Below the pieces are notes generated by a model. The model saw only the letters and a program-made list of their open reading frames with translations, was not told where the DNA came from and did not search any database. A stretch of DNA of 64,000 nucleotides from positions 193,331 to 257,330 of the forward strand of contig NIVC01001630.1 of NCBI GenBank assembly GCA_002269645.1. The letters run 5' to 3'. The position numbers and the translations under genes were made by a program. Source of the DNA: Macrostomum lignano (Eukaryota). Shown piece after piece: positions 46,926 through 61,480 of this stretch (positions are counted from its first letter, which is position 1; each line of letters starts with the position of its first letter).

Positions 46926-47199
46926 CTTACCTCATCAGCTCGATACAATATTCCGAAATCCGACTCCAAAACGCCTCATTAGACTTTGATAACCGATCCC
47001 ACTCTCGTCCCGCCTGGCTTTCCGCTGATGGGGCTGCGTGTTGATAAGTTTCTAAGCTCATTTTGCCGAATCACCCACTGCATCGAATGTTTCCTAGGCA
47101 AAGGACATATGCTGCTATTTGATTTCTTATTGCCTCCTGTACCTATGTAAGAATTTCTATCCTTTTCAGAGGAAGTATCAGAGAAGCAGTAGGACTCGC

Positions 47200-47750
47200 T
47201 CACTCATGAACTCTCTCATGAACTCACTCATGAACTCACTCATGATCTCACTCATGAACTCACTCATGAACTCGCTCATGAACTCTCTCATGAACTCACT
47301 CATGAACTCACTCATGATCTCACTCATGACCTCACTCATGAACTCACTCATGAACTCACTCATGAACTCACTCATGAACTCGCTCATGAACTCTCTCATG
47401 AACTCACTCATGAACTCACTCATGAACTCACTCATGAACTCAATCATGAACTCACTCATGAACTCACTCACGATCTCACTCATGACCTCACTCATGAACT
47501 CACTCATGAACTTACTCATGAACTCACTCATAAACTCACTCTTGATCTCACTCATGACCTCACTCATGAACTCACTCATGAACTCACTCATGAACTCACT
47601 CATGAACTCACTCTTGATCTCACTCATGATCTCACTCATGACCTCACTCATGAACTCACTCATGAACTCACTCATGAACTCACTCATGAACTCACTCATG
47701 AACTCACTAATGATCTCACTCATGAACTCACTTTTAAACTCGCTCATAAA
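47200..47750 (-). repeat. 12-bp minisatellite (ATGAGTGAGTTC)n, family copy 3, inverted
   Basis: GAACTCACTCAT units on the plus strand. Confidence 0.95.
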
Positions 47751-48189
47751 GAGACTCAAGAATTCTTGCGGGACCCAACCATGAGCTTTCTAAAGAAGTC
47801 ATAAAATCACTTGAGAACTAGGAATTCTTTAGGACCCTTTACCTAAAGCAAGGCTTCACGCCCTCTAACAGGCATTGCCACAGTATTCAACCTGAGCTGA
47901 AGGCTTCTTTGATGTCAGGCGAGAATGCCGTCATCTTGAACTTTCTCAGTCGGGCTTGGGACTGAGTTGACTTTACCTATTTGCCACAAAAAAATCTGGC
48001 ATGAAAGTTGAAAGCAGAACGGAGCAATTCGGAAGCCTTCAAGTCTAAATCCACTAATTACAGTTTCTGGCCTACTCCCTAAGAAAATTGCCTCTCTCGT
48101 TCTTCAACCTGTCTTAAAGAAAGTTTTTTCTCAGTTGAAACAGATTGCAATATCCCTCATAAAGCATTGATTTGCACTGAGATCCTCTG

Positions 48190-48840
48190 GAGCGACTTAT
48201 TTACAACCTGAAGTGTGCATTGATAGTCCCTGAAGCGACTTATTTACAGCCTGAAGTGTGCATTGATAGTCCCTGAAGCGACTTATTTACAGCCTGAAGT
48301 GTGCATTGATAGTCCCTGAAGCGACTTATTTACAGCCTGAAGTGTGCATTGATAGTCCCTGAAGCGACTTACTTACAGCCTGAAGTGTGCATTGATAGTC
48401 CCTGAAGCGACTTATTTACAGGCTGAAGTGTGCATTGATAGTCCCTGAAGTGACTTACTTACAGCCTGAAGTGTGCATCGATAGTCCCTGAAGTGACTTA
48501 TTTACAGCCTAAAGTGTGCATTGATAGTCCCTGAAGCGACTTATTTACAGGCTGAAGTGTGCATTGATAGTCCCTGAAGTGACTTATTTACAGCCTAATG
48601 TGTGCATTGATAGTCCCTGAAGCGACTTACTTACAGCCTGAAGTGTGCATCGATAGTCCCTGAAGTGACTTATTTACAGCCTGAAGTGTGCATTGATAGT
48701 CCCTGAAGCGACTTATTTACAGCCTGAAGTGTGCACTGATAGTCCCTGAAGCGACTTATTTACAGCCTAAAGTGTACACTGATAGTCCCTGAAGCGACTT
48801 ATTTACAGCCTGAAGTGTGCATTGATAGTCCCTGAAGCGA
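48190..48840. repeat. 43-bp minisatellite x ~15 (GATAGTCCCTGAAGCGACTTATTTACAGCCTGAAGTGTGCATT)
   Basis: Contiguous units with no spacers. Confidence 0.95.
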
Positions 48841-49319
48841 GTTCAGAGAATTTCAATGCACAAGCTAAATATCCAGCGTTCCTTTCAACTCGGAATCAAA
48901 AGTACATATTGTCCGAATTGAAATAAATTACTCTCAGACATGCCTAATACCCGTCATCGTTATGATGTTGGCGGTATAAGGCCTCCTTGACTAATCTCAG
49001 CCTCCACATGCCTTCGCTAGTTAGCATCACCTTTGACAGGATCTTCTCGCTGACGAAATGAAGAGGACGCAGACAGGAAGACAATTGCACCAAGGGAGTT
49101 AGGGAGGCAGGGAACCAGAACGAATGAGCGACTTTTCTGAAATGAAGGAAGATTATTGCCTTAGTGATTGCTGCTGCCGGCCAGCCCTCTCTCCCATGCA
49201 GCTTTTATGCACTTTGGCTATCACAGTAGACAAGAGGCTTATGGGCAAATCTTTTTGGCTAAGAGAGAAGTAGAGGCTGAATATGCGCAGAGAATCTATA
49301 ATATCATGGTTGAACTGCC

Positions 49320-49590
<271 letters not shown>

Positions 49591-49994
49591 AAGATGATAT
49601 TAGAGCATTAAACCATACAACAGACTCACCAGCAAACTTCAGATTTGTGGCACAGCCAGTTTCCAGTTTCCAGTTTCCACTAATCTTGCATACAATAATC
49701 GTTAGTAAAACAGCCTTATTTTTATTTAGCTTAGTTTAGTTTGCAACAAGCTGACAAACTGGATGGGGCCGATGGAAAATGGATAGTTGAGCACATTGCA
49801 GCATCTGAGCCAATTGTAGGCATGGGGTTCAAGCTTCACTCACTGTCCAATCGTGTGAATCCCGTTTCTGAGAGTCATGCACTTTTACTTTGTATACTCC
49901 TGATGGATTCTTGGCAACCCACAAACTGATTGCATTTCAAGCGTCTATGCAGAGAAAGGATAGAAAGAGGGATAGAGGGGAGAATAAAAGAAGG

Positions 49995-50625
49995 AGAGAG
50001 AGGGAGGAGAGAGGGGAGGAGAGAGGGGAGGAGAGATCGGAGGAGAGAGGGGAGGAGAGATCGGAGGAGAGAGGGGAGGAGAGATCGGAGGAGAGAGGGG
50101 AGGAGAGAGGGGAGGAGAGAGGGGAGGAGAGAGGGGAGGAGAGAGGGGAGGAGAGAGGGGAGGAGAGATCGGAGGAGAGAGGGGAGGAGAGAGGGGAGGA
50201 GAGAGGGGAGGAGAGAGGGAGGAGAGAGGGAGGAGAGAGGGGAGGAGAGAGGGAGGAGAGAGGGGAGGAGAGAGGGGAGGAGAGATCGGAGGAGAGAGGG
50301 GAGGAGAGAGGGAAGGAGAGAGGGAGGAGAGAGGGGAGGAGAGAGGGGAGGAGAGAGGGGAGGAGAGAGGGGAGGAGAGATCGGAGGAGAGAGGGGAGGA
50401 GAGAGGGGAGGAGAGAGGGAGGAGAGAGGGGAGGAGAGAGGGGAGAGAGAGGGGAGGAGAGAGGGGAGGAGAGAGGGGAGGAGAGAGGGGAGGAGAGAGG
50501 GGAGGAGAGAGGGGAGGAGAGAGGGGAGGAGAGAGGGGAGGAGAGAGGGGAGGAGAGATCGGAGGAGAGAGGGGAGGAGAGAGGGGAGGAGAGAGGGAGG
50601 GGAGAGAGGGAAGGAGAGAGGGAAG
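49995..50625. repeat. GA-rich ~12-13 bp array (GAGGAGAGAGGG)n
   Basis: Direct. Confidence 0.95.
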
Positions 50626-52174
50626 TGAGAGGGCGGAGAGACGGGAGAAGGCGGGAGGAGAGAGGAGAGAAGGCGGGAGGAGAGAATCAGGGAAGTCTTA
50701 CTCAAGGTAAATCCAGATATTTAACACACGCCGAGTAAACAGTGCAAGATTGCACGCTAACGCGGAGAACGATGGCATGCTAGAGAAAATTGGCTTGCAA
50801 AAAGACGGAGCACAGTAGTCTGCATCACTCCGCTTCATCTTTCAATGATTGAGCAGCGAATCTAAGCTGCGACTTTTGAGTCAAGGCTGCAGCACACATA
50901 TGCCTCATCAATAAGGGAGTCTGGGAAATGGCAGTTCCTCATAGGAACAGCCCCTGACGTTATTTAGGCAGGCTGATCGGGTCTGACGCATTCCCCCGTG
51001 AAGTCGTGAGAATTAAGATCCTCCCACCGATCCCAAAATTCTGCAGAGAATCATCCTCAAGTCTGTTTGGTTTTACAGATCCATGCACTTTTACTCCTAA
51101 GCTTAGAGGATTAATGCGCAGCCCAAAGTTTAGAAAACGCTCCTAGTTTCCTATCCTATCTGGGAAAATCCTGCTGACTCTACAGAACTATTGCTCCTCT
51201 TTGTGTTTCTTTCGCTTTTTTGAGCTGATGCTGCAACGCCTCTCTCCTTGGCTACATGTTAAATAATTACTGAAGCTGAATGCTAGCATGTTAGAGGTTC
51301 TACCGCTGCTCCAGTTTAGCATATAAGCCTTCTCTAAATCCATCTAATGTACATTTAATGCATGATGTCCCCAGAAAACTCAAAAAGAAGTTTAATTCAG
51401 CAAGCCAAGTACTCTGGTGCAAAACCGGCTACTCTGCCCATTTCGCTGACTCCTGAGAGAACATACACTGTATCCTCATACTCGTACACATCCTAAAACA
51501 TAATATCAACAGCGTGTATCAAGCACCATGTACATGTACATGTAACAGTAGAATGTATTTTACATTACTTATACATTGCTTCAACAAATATAAGTAATGC
51601 AAGCCAAAGTCCAAGTCCAAACAAGCTTTTGTAGTCAATTCTAACATCTACTTAAATAATAAAGACCGATATGTACTCGCTAATTTGCATCATTTACTGA
51701 TCACTATGTGTGCAATGTTTCGGTATAGCTAGTGTATACTTTTTTTATGTTCTGTAACGTGAAAGCTTAAAAACGACTAGTTTTATTTCGAAGAGAAGGC
51801 TAAATTTTTTAGAAAGAAATATTTAGATTGTTGAAGGTGTGTAAGTTTTATTTTTTTAGATTAGGTTGGATGGTCGAATCTTTATAAATTATTTCATATT
51901 TTAGGGCTTAGAAAGTCCGGCTTTTTCAAATTTGCTTTTGAACATTTAAACAAAAAAAAAGTTTAACTAACAGGTTCTTTTAACTTCCTTTTTTAAATAT
52001 AGAATACACATTTAAAATATGCTTCTTATACATAAAAATATATAAAAAAGAAGGGCTTTTAAGTTGTTTTTGAGGCGTTAGGATCCTTTTAACTTTACAA
52101 TATCATTTTTTATTCATTACTTGCATTCCGCATTGTAATTCACTGCTAGCTATGCTTAGACTTACCCGAATGTA

Positions 52175-55100
52175 ATGTCTCACCGAAGACCAAGTTATGA
52201 CGACGAAGAATTGAAAGGATCAGTCGACTTTGACTTCTTTTCTGATGGCCCAGAGAGCTCGAGAAAAGCAGAGTGAGTAATAGTTAACTTTTAACCAATT
52301 CTTTTCCTACAGCCACGAGCCACTGAGCCTGACCTGAGCCGAGCCACAGGGATCCAGTGCTTTTTATTTGTGATGATATAGCTTTTGTTAAGGCTACAGG
52401 GTTTTTAATATAATTTTTCTACTTTATAACCAGTAATTTAATTTTGGAGTTCAATCACTTCATGGAAAAAAAATACTAAAATCGTAAATCTTTGACCTTG
52501 CACTTCAAATATATCTTGACTATAAAGATCATGGGGTTGGGTTTTCTTCGTTTTTAATTTTCACGTACCTATTAAAGCCTATGCCTATAAACGCAAAAAA
52601 TTAAGTACGTAAGCAAAAGCAACCATTTGAAGGCATTAATATTTAAAACATGAAATAGCTCAAGTTAAAGTACACTATAGTTATATGAATAATTGAATGA
52701 ACCCTAATCGCCACACTGCCTCGTAATATAAATCTTATAATTTAAATAATAGAATCAAATAGAACAATAAATAATTTTTTCTTTTTGCAAGAGTTGTTAA
52801 TACTGTTAACAATTAAATTATTGTTATTGCAAAAATAGCAAACAGATCCAACAAAACCAACTGATGCTATAGCTATGTAAGCATAAAATGTCAATAGTAT
52901 TTTCTAAATATTTATTTCTATAAATGCTTATATGGTCAATTCAAAACCTTTAAATAAAAAGTCAAAATTAAGTTGTATCTTTATCATTTAGAGCAGCTCA
53001 AAATAAATGCTTTGTTAATTTTTAGATTTATCTAATAGTAAACATAAATGAAACTAACTATAAATCTAGGGTTTATATGTGACTGCATAGCAAGCACCAA
53101 TGACTTTGTATATCAGCTATTTTTGCTTGCTTGCTCCAGCTCCACTGAAGGAAAGTTTTTCAATAAGGTTTTTACATGTATAAAATAAAGAATTTCAACT
53201 AGCAAATTTTTATTGATCTATTTTTTACCAATTAATATATTCAATATTTAAAGTAAAATTTAATAAAATCTATAAATTATTGACAAATCTTTGCTAAACT
53301 TTTTACAAAAATTTCAGGTGTTTTTGATGATGATTTTTGGTAAAGTATACTGCTTTATGGGGGGTATTTACAACAGTTTATAGCAAAGCATGCATTCAAT
53401 ATTCATACAAATCACAAAAAACTTCAGTGACTTTCTTAGCAAGGGCTGGCAGGATCATCAGGGCAAATGATTCATGTTAGAATCATAGACAGTATGCTTA
53501 AAACTCTCAGCACACTTTGCTGCATGCATAACTGCATTACAAAATTAATTATTAATTCTCACCCAGAGAAACCCAATCAAAAGTCAGCCCATCAGTGCCA
53601 TGCTATTGTTAGCTGCATATTTAATGGAGTTGCGGCCCAGTACATAACCTAAATGCTCAGAAAGTTGGCATAGTTCATAGCGAGGAGCCAGTGCCAATAC
53701 AATACTAAAACCTTTCTAAGCTTGTCTGCAGAATATATAATTATTGACTAAAATAATATGAGTGATAATTCAAGAGAAAATTGCGAGTAAGTTCACTGTT
53801 TCTCAAGCACTTAAAATTAGCCTTGTTCATTGACTGTTCAAAGATGAGGTACTTTAATTTATGATATTTTATGCAGTTGTTTCACTTTTTTTGCACACGT
53901 GGAGTTAATGGGTTCCATTGTCACAGTTTTGTTTCATGCTGTCCAGCTCTCTATCCCACTTCCACCCACCTCCCCTCCATTCTCTACTCCTCTTCCACCC
54001 ATCTCTATTCTCTCTACTCCTCTCCCACCCACCTCCATTCTCTCTACCCCACTTCCACCCACCTCCCCTCCATTCTCTCTACCCCACTTCCACCCACCTC
54101 CATTCTCTCTACCCCACTTCCACCCACCTCCATTCTCTCTACCCCTCTTTCACCCACATCCATTCTCTCTACCCCTCTTCTACCCATGTCCGCTTCATTC
54201 TCTGCCCCTTCCACCCACCTCCCTCTATTCTCTCTGCCCCTTCCACCCACCTCCCTCTATTCTCTCTGCCCCTTCCACCCACCTCCCTCTATTCTCTCTG
54301 CCCCTTCCACCCACCTCCCTCTATTCTCTCTGCCCCTTACACCCACCTCGCTCTATTCTCTCTGCCCCTTACACCCACCTCCCTCTATTCTCTCTGCCCC
54401 TTCCACCCACCTCCCTCTATTCTCTCTGCCCCTTCCACCCACCTCCCTCTATTCTCTCTGCCCCTTCCACCCACCTCCCTCTATTCTCTCTGCCCCTTAC
54501 ACCCACCTCCCTCTATTCTCTCTGCCCCTTACACCCACCTCCCTCTATTCTCTCTGCCCCTTCCACCCACCTCCCTCTATTCTCTCTGCCCCTTACACCC
54601 ACCTCCTTCCATTCTCTCCACCCCTCCTCCACCCACCTTCCTCCGTTCTCTCTACCCACTCTTCCACCCAACTCTACACATTGTCCACCCTTCACTCCTT
54701 CAGATTTCCTTCAGATCAGATGTAGAAAAGCAAGCTCACAATATTCATTGTTTTTTACCTGTAACTGTAGTCCTTAAATAGAAAGCATTAAAAACAGTCG
54801 CATTGCATTGCTGACAATACTACAGGAACGATGCCCAGGCAAGCGCCAGGAGCGCCGGCAGTCGACGAAGTCCGTCGAACAATCTAGACGATTCGAATCG
54901 TCAAAGTCCGAGCCCCACGCCGCGGCAGGTAAAGAAGGCCAAAGATTCGCCCGAAAACTCTTCGCCTGAACGGAGTCCCCGTCGTCTATCTCGGTCTCCC
55001 TCGCCGCCAACGTCCAGACGAAGAAGTCGCAGTCGGGACAGTCGCAGCGGCAGCGACAGGGATCAGGATGAGGACGAGACCAAGCGAAGCTCGTCACCGC

Positions 55101-58100
55101 GGCGTCGTCAAATCCGCAGCCGGAGCGCTTCGAAGTCGTCGAGAAGTCGCAGCTCTTCTTCTGGAAGAAACCGGAAACGAGGCAGCAGTCGCAGCCGCAG
55201 CAACAGCAGCAGCGCCAGCGATGTCACCGACGTCAGCCCGCTGTCCTCGCCAAGAGGCCACGACAGTCCGCGAGCCGCTGCCATGGGCGACGCCGCCGAT
55301 TTGTCCGCCCGGAAGCCGCCGCGCGTTGCCGCTGGTCACCAAGGCGGAGCAGAGGATCGCGATGAGGACCGAATCAACATGGAGACCATCGTGCGAGCGC
55401 TGGTCGAACTGGACAAGCGGAGGGGCCAGTCAGCCGGGCCACAGAGATCCGGTACGGGCTCTGCATCCAGACGGTCACCGAGCCCCCTAGGGGATTAAGG
55501 GGCTGACGGGGTCACTGAGTCCCCTAGGAGATTAAGGGGCTGACGGTGTCACTGAGTCCTCTTGGGGATTAAGGGTGTGACGTGGGGAGAGGGGGCGTAG
55601 CGCTCGATTTTAAGTGAAGTCATCACAATTGACGGCCTTGAGGGCCAACCCCCAAGGCGCAGTGAAGTGTACATGCCTAACGATAAATAAAGTTAGGGCC
55701 GCTGTACACTCCTGTGTGAGTGTGTGCCTGTGCGTATGACTGCGTACGTATCCGCGCGCTTGTGTGCCTGCTCAGGGGAGTCGGCGGAATGGGCAGCAAT
55801 GCCTCTCGCCGGTTGTGTGACAATGTCGCTTGATGTGCGCCAGGGTGCACACAGCCTTCTGGATGTAATAAAAAGGTCTGACAGGTCACTGAATCACTGA
55901 TTGACGGGTCACCCATAACCCCCATCCGACAGGCCTTCACAGCGGCACCCAGTCTATGAGCAGAATTCACGACATCGAGGCTGAGAACCAGCGACTGCTG
56001 TACAACCTTATGCGGACTAAGAACCGGGCTAAGAAACCAAACAATATTGATCCACCGGTGAAGAGGCCGCACCATTCCACTGTCAACCGGCAGAAGGAAC
56101 AGAGGCGCATTGAGGAGGAGAATAGAGTGAGTTTTTTAACTCTGGGAGTTTAATTGCAAGTAGTAGGTATTGCAGTGTCAAAGAGGTATTGCAGTGTCAG
56201 AGAGGTATTACAGAATCAGAGAGGCATTACAGTATCAGGGAGGTATTACAGTATCAGGGAGGTATTACAGTATCAGGGAGGCATTACAGTATCAGGGAGG
56301 CATTACAGTATCAGATAGGTATTACAGAATTAGAGAGGTATTGCAGTGTCAGAGAGGTATTGCAGTGTCAGAGAGGTATTGCAGTGTCAGAGAGGTATTG
56401 CAGTGTCAGAGAGGTATTGCAGTGTCAGAGAGGTATGGCAGTGTCAGAGAGGTATTACAGTGTCAGAGAGGTATTACAGAATCAGAGAGGTATTACAGAA
56501 TCAGAGAGGCATTACAGTATCAGGGAGGCATTACAGTGTCAGGGAGGCATTACAGTATCAGGGAGGCATTACAGTATCAGGGAGGCATTACAGTGTCAGA
56601 GAGGTATTACAGTGTCAGAGAGGCATTACAGTGTCAGAGAGGCATTACAGTGTCAGAGAGGCATTACAGTGTCAGAGAGGTATTACAATGTCAGAGAGGT
56701 ATTACAGTGTCAGAGAGGTATTACAGTGACGGAGAGGTATTACAGTGTCAGAGAGGCATTACAGTGTCAGAGAGGTATTACAGAATCAGAGAGGCATTAC
56801 AGTGTCAGAGAGGTATTGCAGTGTCAGAGAGGTATTGCAGTGTCAGAGAGGTATTGCAGTGTCAGAGAGGTATTGCAGTGTCAGAGAGGTATTGCAGTGT
56901 CAGAGAGGTATTACAGTGTCAGAGAGGCATTACAGTATCAGGGAGGCATTACAGTATCAGGGAGGCATTACAGTGTCAGAGAGGTATTACAGTGTCAGAG
57001 AGGCATTACAGTGTCAGAGAGGTATTACAGTGTCAGAGAGGCATTACAGTGTCAGAGAGGCATTACAGTGTCAGAGAGGCATTACAGTGTCAGAGAGGTA
57101 TTACAATGTCAGAGAGGTATTACAGTGTCAGAGAGGTATTACAGTGTCAGAGAGGCATTACAGTGTCAGAGAGGTATTACAGAATCAGAGAGGCATTACA
57201 GTGTCAGAGAGGTATTGCAGTGTCAGAGAGGTATTACAGTGTCAGAGAGGTATTACAGTGTCAGAGAGGTATTACAATGTCAGAGAGGTATTACAGTGTC
57301 AAAGAGGCATTACAGTGTCAGAGAGGCATTACAGTGTCAGAGAGGTATTATAGTGTCAGAGAGGTATTACAGAATCAGAAGGTATTGCAGTGTCAGAGAG
57401 GTATTACAGTGTCAGAGAGGTATTACAGTGTCAAAGAGGTATTACAGTGTCAGAGAGGTATTACAGTGTCAGAGAGGTATTACAGTGTCAGAGAGGTATT
57501 ACAATGTCAGAGAGGTATTACAGTGTCAGAGAGGTATTACAGTGTCAGAGAGGTATTACAATGTCAGAGAGGTATTACAGTGTCAAAGAGGCATTACAGT
57601 GTCAGAGAGGCATTACAGTGTCAGAAAGGTATTATAGTGTCAGAGAGGTATTACAGAATCAGAAGGTATTGCAGTGTCAGAGAGGTATTACAGTGTCAGA
57701 GAGGTATTACAGTGTCAGAGAGGTATTACAGTCTCAAAGAGGCATTACAGTGTCAGAGAGGCATTACAGTGTCAGAGAGGTATTATAGTGTCAGAGAGGT
57801 ATTACAGAATCAGAAGGTATTGCAGTGTCAGAGAGGTATTACAGTGTCAGAGAGGTATTACAGTGTCAGAGAGGTATTACAGTCTCAGAGAGGTATTACA
57901 GTCTCAGAGAGGCATTACAGTGTCAAAGAGGTATTACAGTGTCAGAGAGGTATTACAGTCTCAGAGAGGCATTACAGTGTCAGAGAGGTATTACAGTGTC
58001 AGAGAGGTATTACAGTGTCAGAGAGGTATTACAGTCTCAGAGAGGCATTACAGTGTCAAAGAGGTATTACAGTGTCAGAGAGGTATTACAGTCTCAGAGA

Positions 58101-59303
58101 GGCATTACAGTGTCAAAGAGGTATTACAGTCTCAGAGAGGTATTTCAGTGTCAGAGAGGCATTACAGTCTCAGAGAGGTATTACAGTCTCAGAGAGGTAT
58201 TACAGTGTCAGAGAGGCATTACAGTGTCAAAGAGGTATTACAGTCTCAGAGAGGTATTACAGTGTCAGAGAGGTATTACAGTCTCAGAGAGGCATTACAG
58301 TGTCAAAGAGGTATTACAGTCTCAGAGAGGTATTTCAGTGTCAGAGAGGCATTACAGTGTCAAAGAGGTATTACAGTCTCAGAGAGGCATTACAGTGTCA
58401 AAGAGGTATTACAGTCTCAGAGAGGCATTACAGTGTCAGAGAGGTATTACAGTGTCAGAGAGGTATTACAGTCTCAGAGAGGCATTACAGTGTCAAAGAG
58501 GTATTACAGTGTCAGAGAGGTATTACAGTCTCAGAGAGGCATTACAGTGTCAAAGAGGTATTACAGTCTCAGAGAGGTATTTCAGTGTCAGAGAGGCATT
58601 ACAGTCTCAGAGAGGTATTACAGTCTCAGAGAGGTATTACAGTGTCAGAGAGGCATTACAGTGTCAAAGAGGTATTACAGTCTCAGAGAGGTATTACAGT
58701 GTCAGAGAGGTATTACAGTCTCAGAGAGGCATTACAGTGTCAAAGAGGTATTACAGTCTCAGAGAGGTATTTCAGTGTCAGAGAGGCATTACAGTGTCAA
58801 AGAGGTATTACAGTCTCAGAGAGGCATTACAGTGTCAAAGAGGTATTACAGTCTCAGAGAGGCATTACAGTGTCAGAGAGGTATTACAGAATCAGAGAGG
58901 CATTACATTATTATTAATCTCGCTTCGACAGAAAATCTTCCAACGCCTGAAGCGAATCCGACCCACCCGCGGCATGAGCCGGGACGAGATGATCTCCGAC
59001 TACAAGCGTCAGGCCAGCTTCGGTCTGCCGCTCTCACTTCTCGGAGAAGAGTCGAACTATCGTCAACCAAGGATCACGCAGAACCCGTACTGCCAGCCAG
59101 TCTCCAGGGTGCACTCGTCCAACAGCATTGTTCGGCCTGGCAGCGCAGCCGCAGGCGGAGTGTCGGCTTCGTCACGTCCAAGCTCGGCAGCGTCGCGAGC
59201 TTCGGCCAGAGGTTCCGCGACGAGGACACGCGGCGGCGGTCAGCGAAGCGGAGGCGGCGCAGGTGTCTCTTCCGGACGTCCTGGCTGGCCAGCGGGCTGG
59301 TGA
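52175..59303 (+). CDS. CFAP97: Cilia- and flagella-associated protein 97 (KIAA1430/Hemingway family)
   Basis: Exons 52175-52272 (ELKGSVDFDFFSD), 54826-55451 (RS-rich; SDVTDVSPLSSP; METIVRALVELDK), 55933-56126 (IEAENQRLL...HSTVNRQKEQRRIEEEN) and 58932-59303 (IFQRLKRIRPTRGMSRDEMISDY); phases 2/1/0 are consistent. Motifs match CFAP97 from memory. Confidence 0.9.
53950..54680. repeat. 32-bp CT-rich intronic minisatellite (CCCCTTCCACCCACCTCCCTCTATTCTCTCTG)n
   Basis: Tandem periodicity. Confidence 0.9.
56168..58905. repeat. 19-bp intronic minisatellite (GTCAGAGAGGTATTACAGT)n, ~2.7 kb
   Basis: Fills the last CFAP97 intron; explains the 915/554/492-aa ORFs. Confidence 0.97.
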
Positions 59304-61480
59304 ATGCATTGATGTCACGTTTGTTTTTCAACAAATAATTTTTCAATTAACAAATTATGCATGATTTGCGAGGTCAGCTTCTGGTGTTGCAAGCTGAAAA
59401 AGGACAAGAAATTTAATAAGAGGCGCGGCGTGGCTGAGCACATTCTTCTACTCTGCATATTGATGCACATTCAAATAACTTCTTGATAAAATTTTAGAAT
59501 CACGTGGTCTGCTATTATACCTGTTCATGCTATTGTGCGACTGACCCTTGACAAATATTGAAAGGGGTCGTCGATATCGAACGTTTTCTGTGCATATAAA
59601 TATTGCTCTTTGTAGGTAGAGTCTTGGTTTTTAGCCCTTTAGATACTGATGGATTGGACACCAATGCTGTTTTTATTTTATTCATAATTAATTAATCCGT
59701 GTGACCTTATCTGACCTTTCTTGTATTTTTCCCTGAGAAATCAATTAATTAAACAAAATAGTGATTCAAAGCTGTAGATTGTTCACTGACAAAAATTCAA
59801 GATTACATACAACTGATATTTCAGACAATTATTTTTCACGTATTCAACTATGTGACGCTTTTATCACTTCTTTTCACTAATAAAATTCTGAAAAATAATG
59901 TTTTATTAATTATCTGATTTTTAAAATATCAAAAACATAAATAAATTTACTCTAAACTGACATTGACCCAGGTGGCAGTGGAGCCTGCTCCGTCCATTGC
60001 CATTTGAGAAGTTCTCCTATTTTAATGCTTTCATATCTATTATTAAAAAGGCATGAAAACTTATTTATTTTTAATCTTTTTTTACTTTTTTAGGGAACAA
60101 AGGAGGCTGCAGCTTATACCATCTCAATTCCTATCTATTCAGCTACCAGACTACTAAGAGTAGTGTGACGAAGCAAGTAAACGCTCTAGTATTACAATTT
60201 TTTTGAAAGTCTTTTTTGATATAATATGTCTACGACTCATCCTGTAGTTTTGAACGTGAACTTTGAGATTTTGAAAAAAATTTAAAATTCCCTAGCTTTC
60301 TAAAATGCTTCGTCTATCGTGAATTACGAGCTAAACTCTATTAAAATACATGTACAATTTATAAAAGAACAGAAAGCTATCGAATTGCTGATCAATGAAT
60401 TGGACTCAATGTTCTTGTATGAGCTTTATAGGTCTCAAACTATCCATTCTCTTCTGATGATTGATACTTCAAAAGCCAGAGCCAACCGAAACCAAGCCGT
60501 TACAAAGGTCTCAGAAACAAAGGCAGCTAATCTAGGCCCTACAGCATCTACAGCGTCTGTGATTGATTAGAATACAAAATTAAAAGAATGGCTGTTTGTA
60601 AAGCTCGAATAATAAAAGGTGACAACGTTAAATTTTTGCAAGCCAGCTCCGTCGTGAGGACCGTCCAGATATTCAACAAATTTATCAGAGGGTCGGATTT
60701 TTTCCACAAGCGCCACTGTATCCAATACACACCCCTGTGCCAAGCCTCCAAATTTCATCAGCATCACTGACTCGGACTTCGTTCGTCACTGGTCTCTGGC
60801 CTCGACAGTGGGCAAATCCCTCAACTGCTGGGCATCGAAGACACATTCTTCAGTAGGTGACACCGGGGACTAAGGACACCCGAACGAGATTTTACGTCAG
60901 CTATCATCAGGACTTCAACCGGTCTCCATTTCGAGCGTTGCCATCGATCAGGCAATATAAACTGTAAGCCATGCAGCTTGCACTCTTCATGGAGAAGAAT
61001 GAATTTAAAATTCTCTTGAATTGATACAAGCTTTAATGCGTGTCTAATGTCAAGTGCAGTGACATTAATTTTGGTCTAAAATTGGTATCTCAGCTTAGGT
61101 CTGCTCGTGAAATTATTAACGCCCTTAGAGGGTCAGCCTCTGTGATACAGTGAAGTTAGGGTCGCTGCAGAATCGAAGGTCTTATCGGATCGAAGTCGTG
61201 ATTCTGTACCCGTTAGATGTAGCTAGCTTCAAGATGCAGCAAGATAGCTCGCTGATTCGTAACTAGCTGTGCATCTTCCTTCTTTATTGAGCAAACTCAC
61301 GGCCATGCTTCCACTGGCAAATTCGAAATGAAGCAAGCGGCTTGCCCAAGTTTGGAAGAGAGAGATAGATCGAGCCAATAATCACTAGGCGTCGCTTTTA
61401 TCACGAAAAACTCTATAAAGCAACCGTTTGTTTCTACTGATGTTGGACACTGAAACACTGACACCAGCTTCTGCTAGCTA

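Noticed and set aside
48190-48840. CRISPR-like 43-bp repeats
   Set aside because: Units are contiguous with no unique spacers, there are no cas genes, and the context is eukaryotic.
56170-59338. 915, 554, 492 and 482-aa plus-strand ORFs
   Set aside because: They come from a 19-bp stop-free tandem unit open in all three frames, inside a GT-AG intron of CFAP97; only 58932-59303 is coding.
60567-60767. CUB-like fragment (DKFVEYLDGPHDGAGLQKF)
   Set aside because: Only a short resemblance, an upstream in-frame stop, and no supporting exons.
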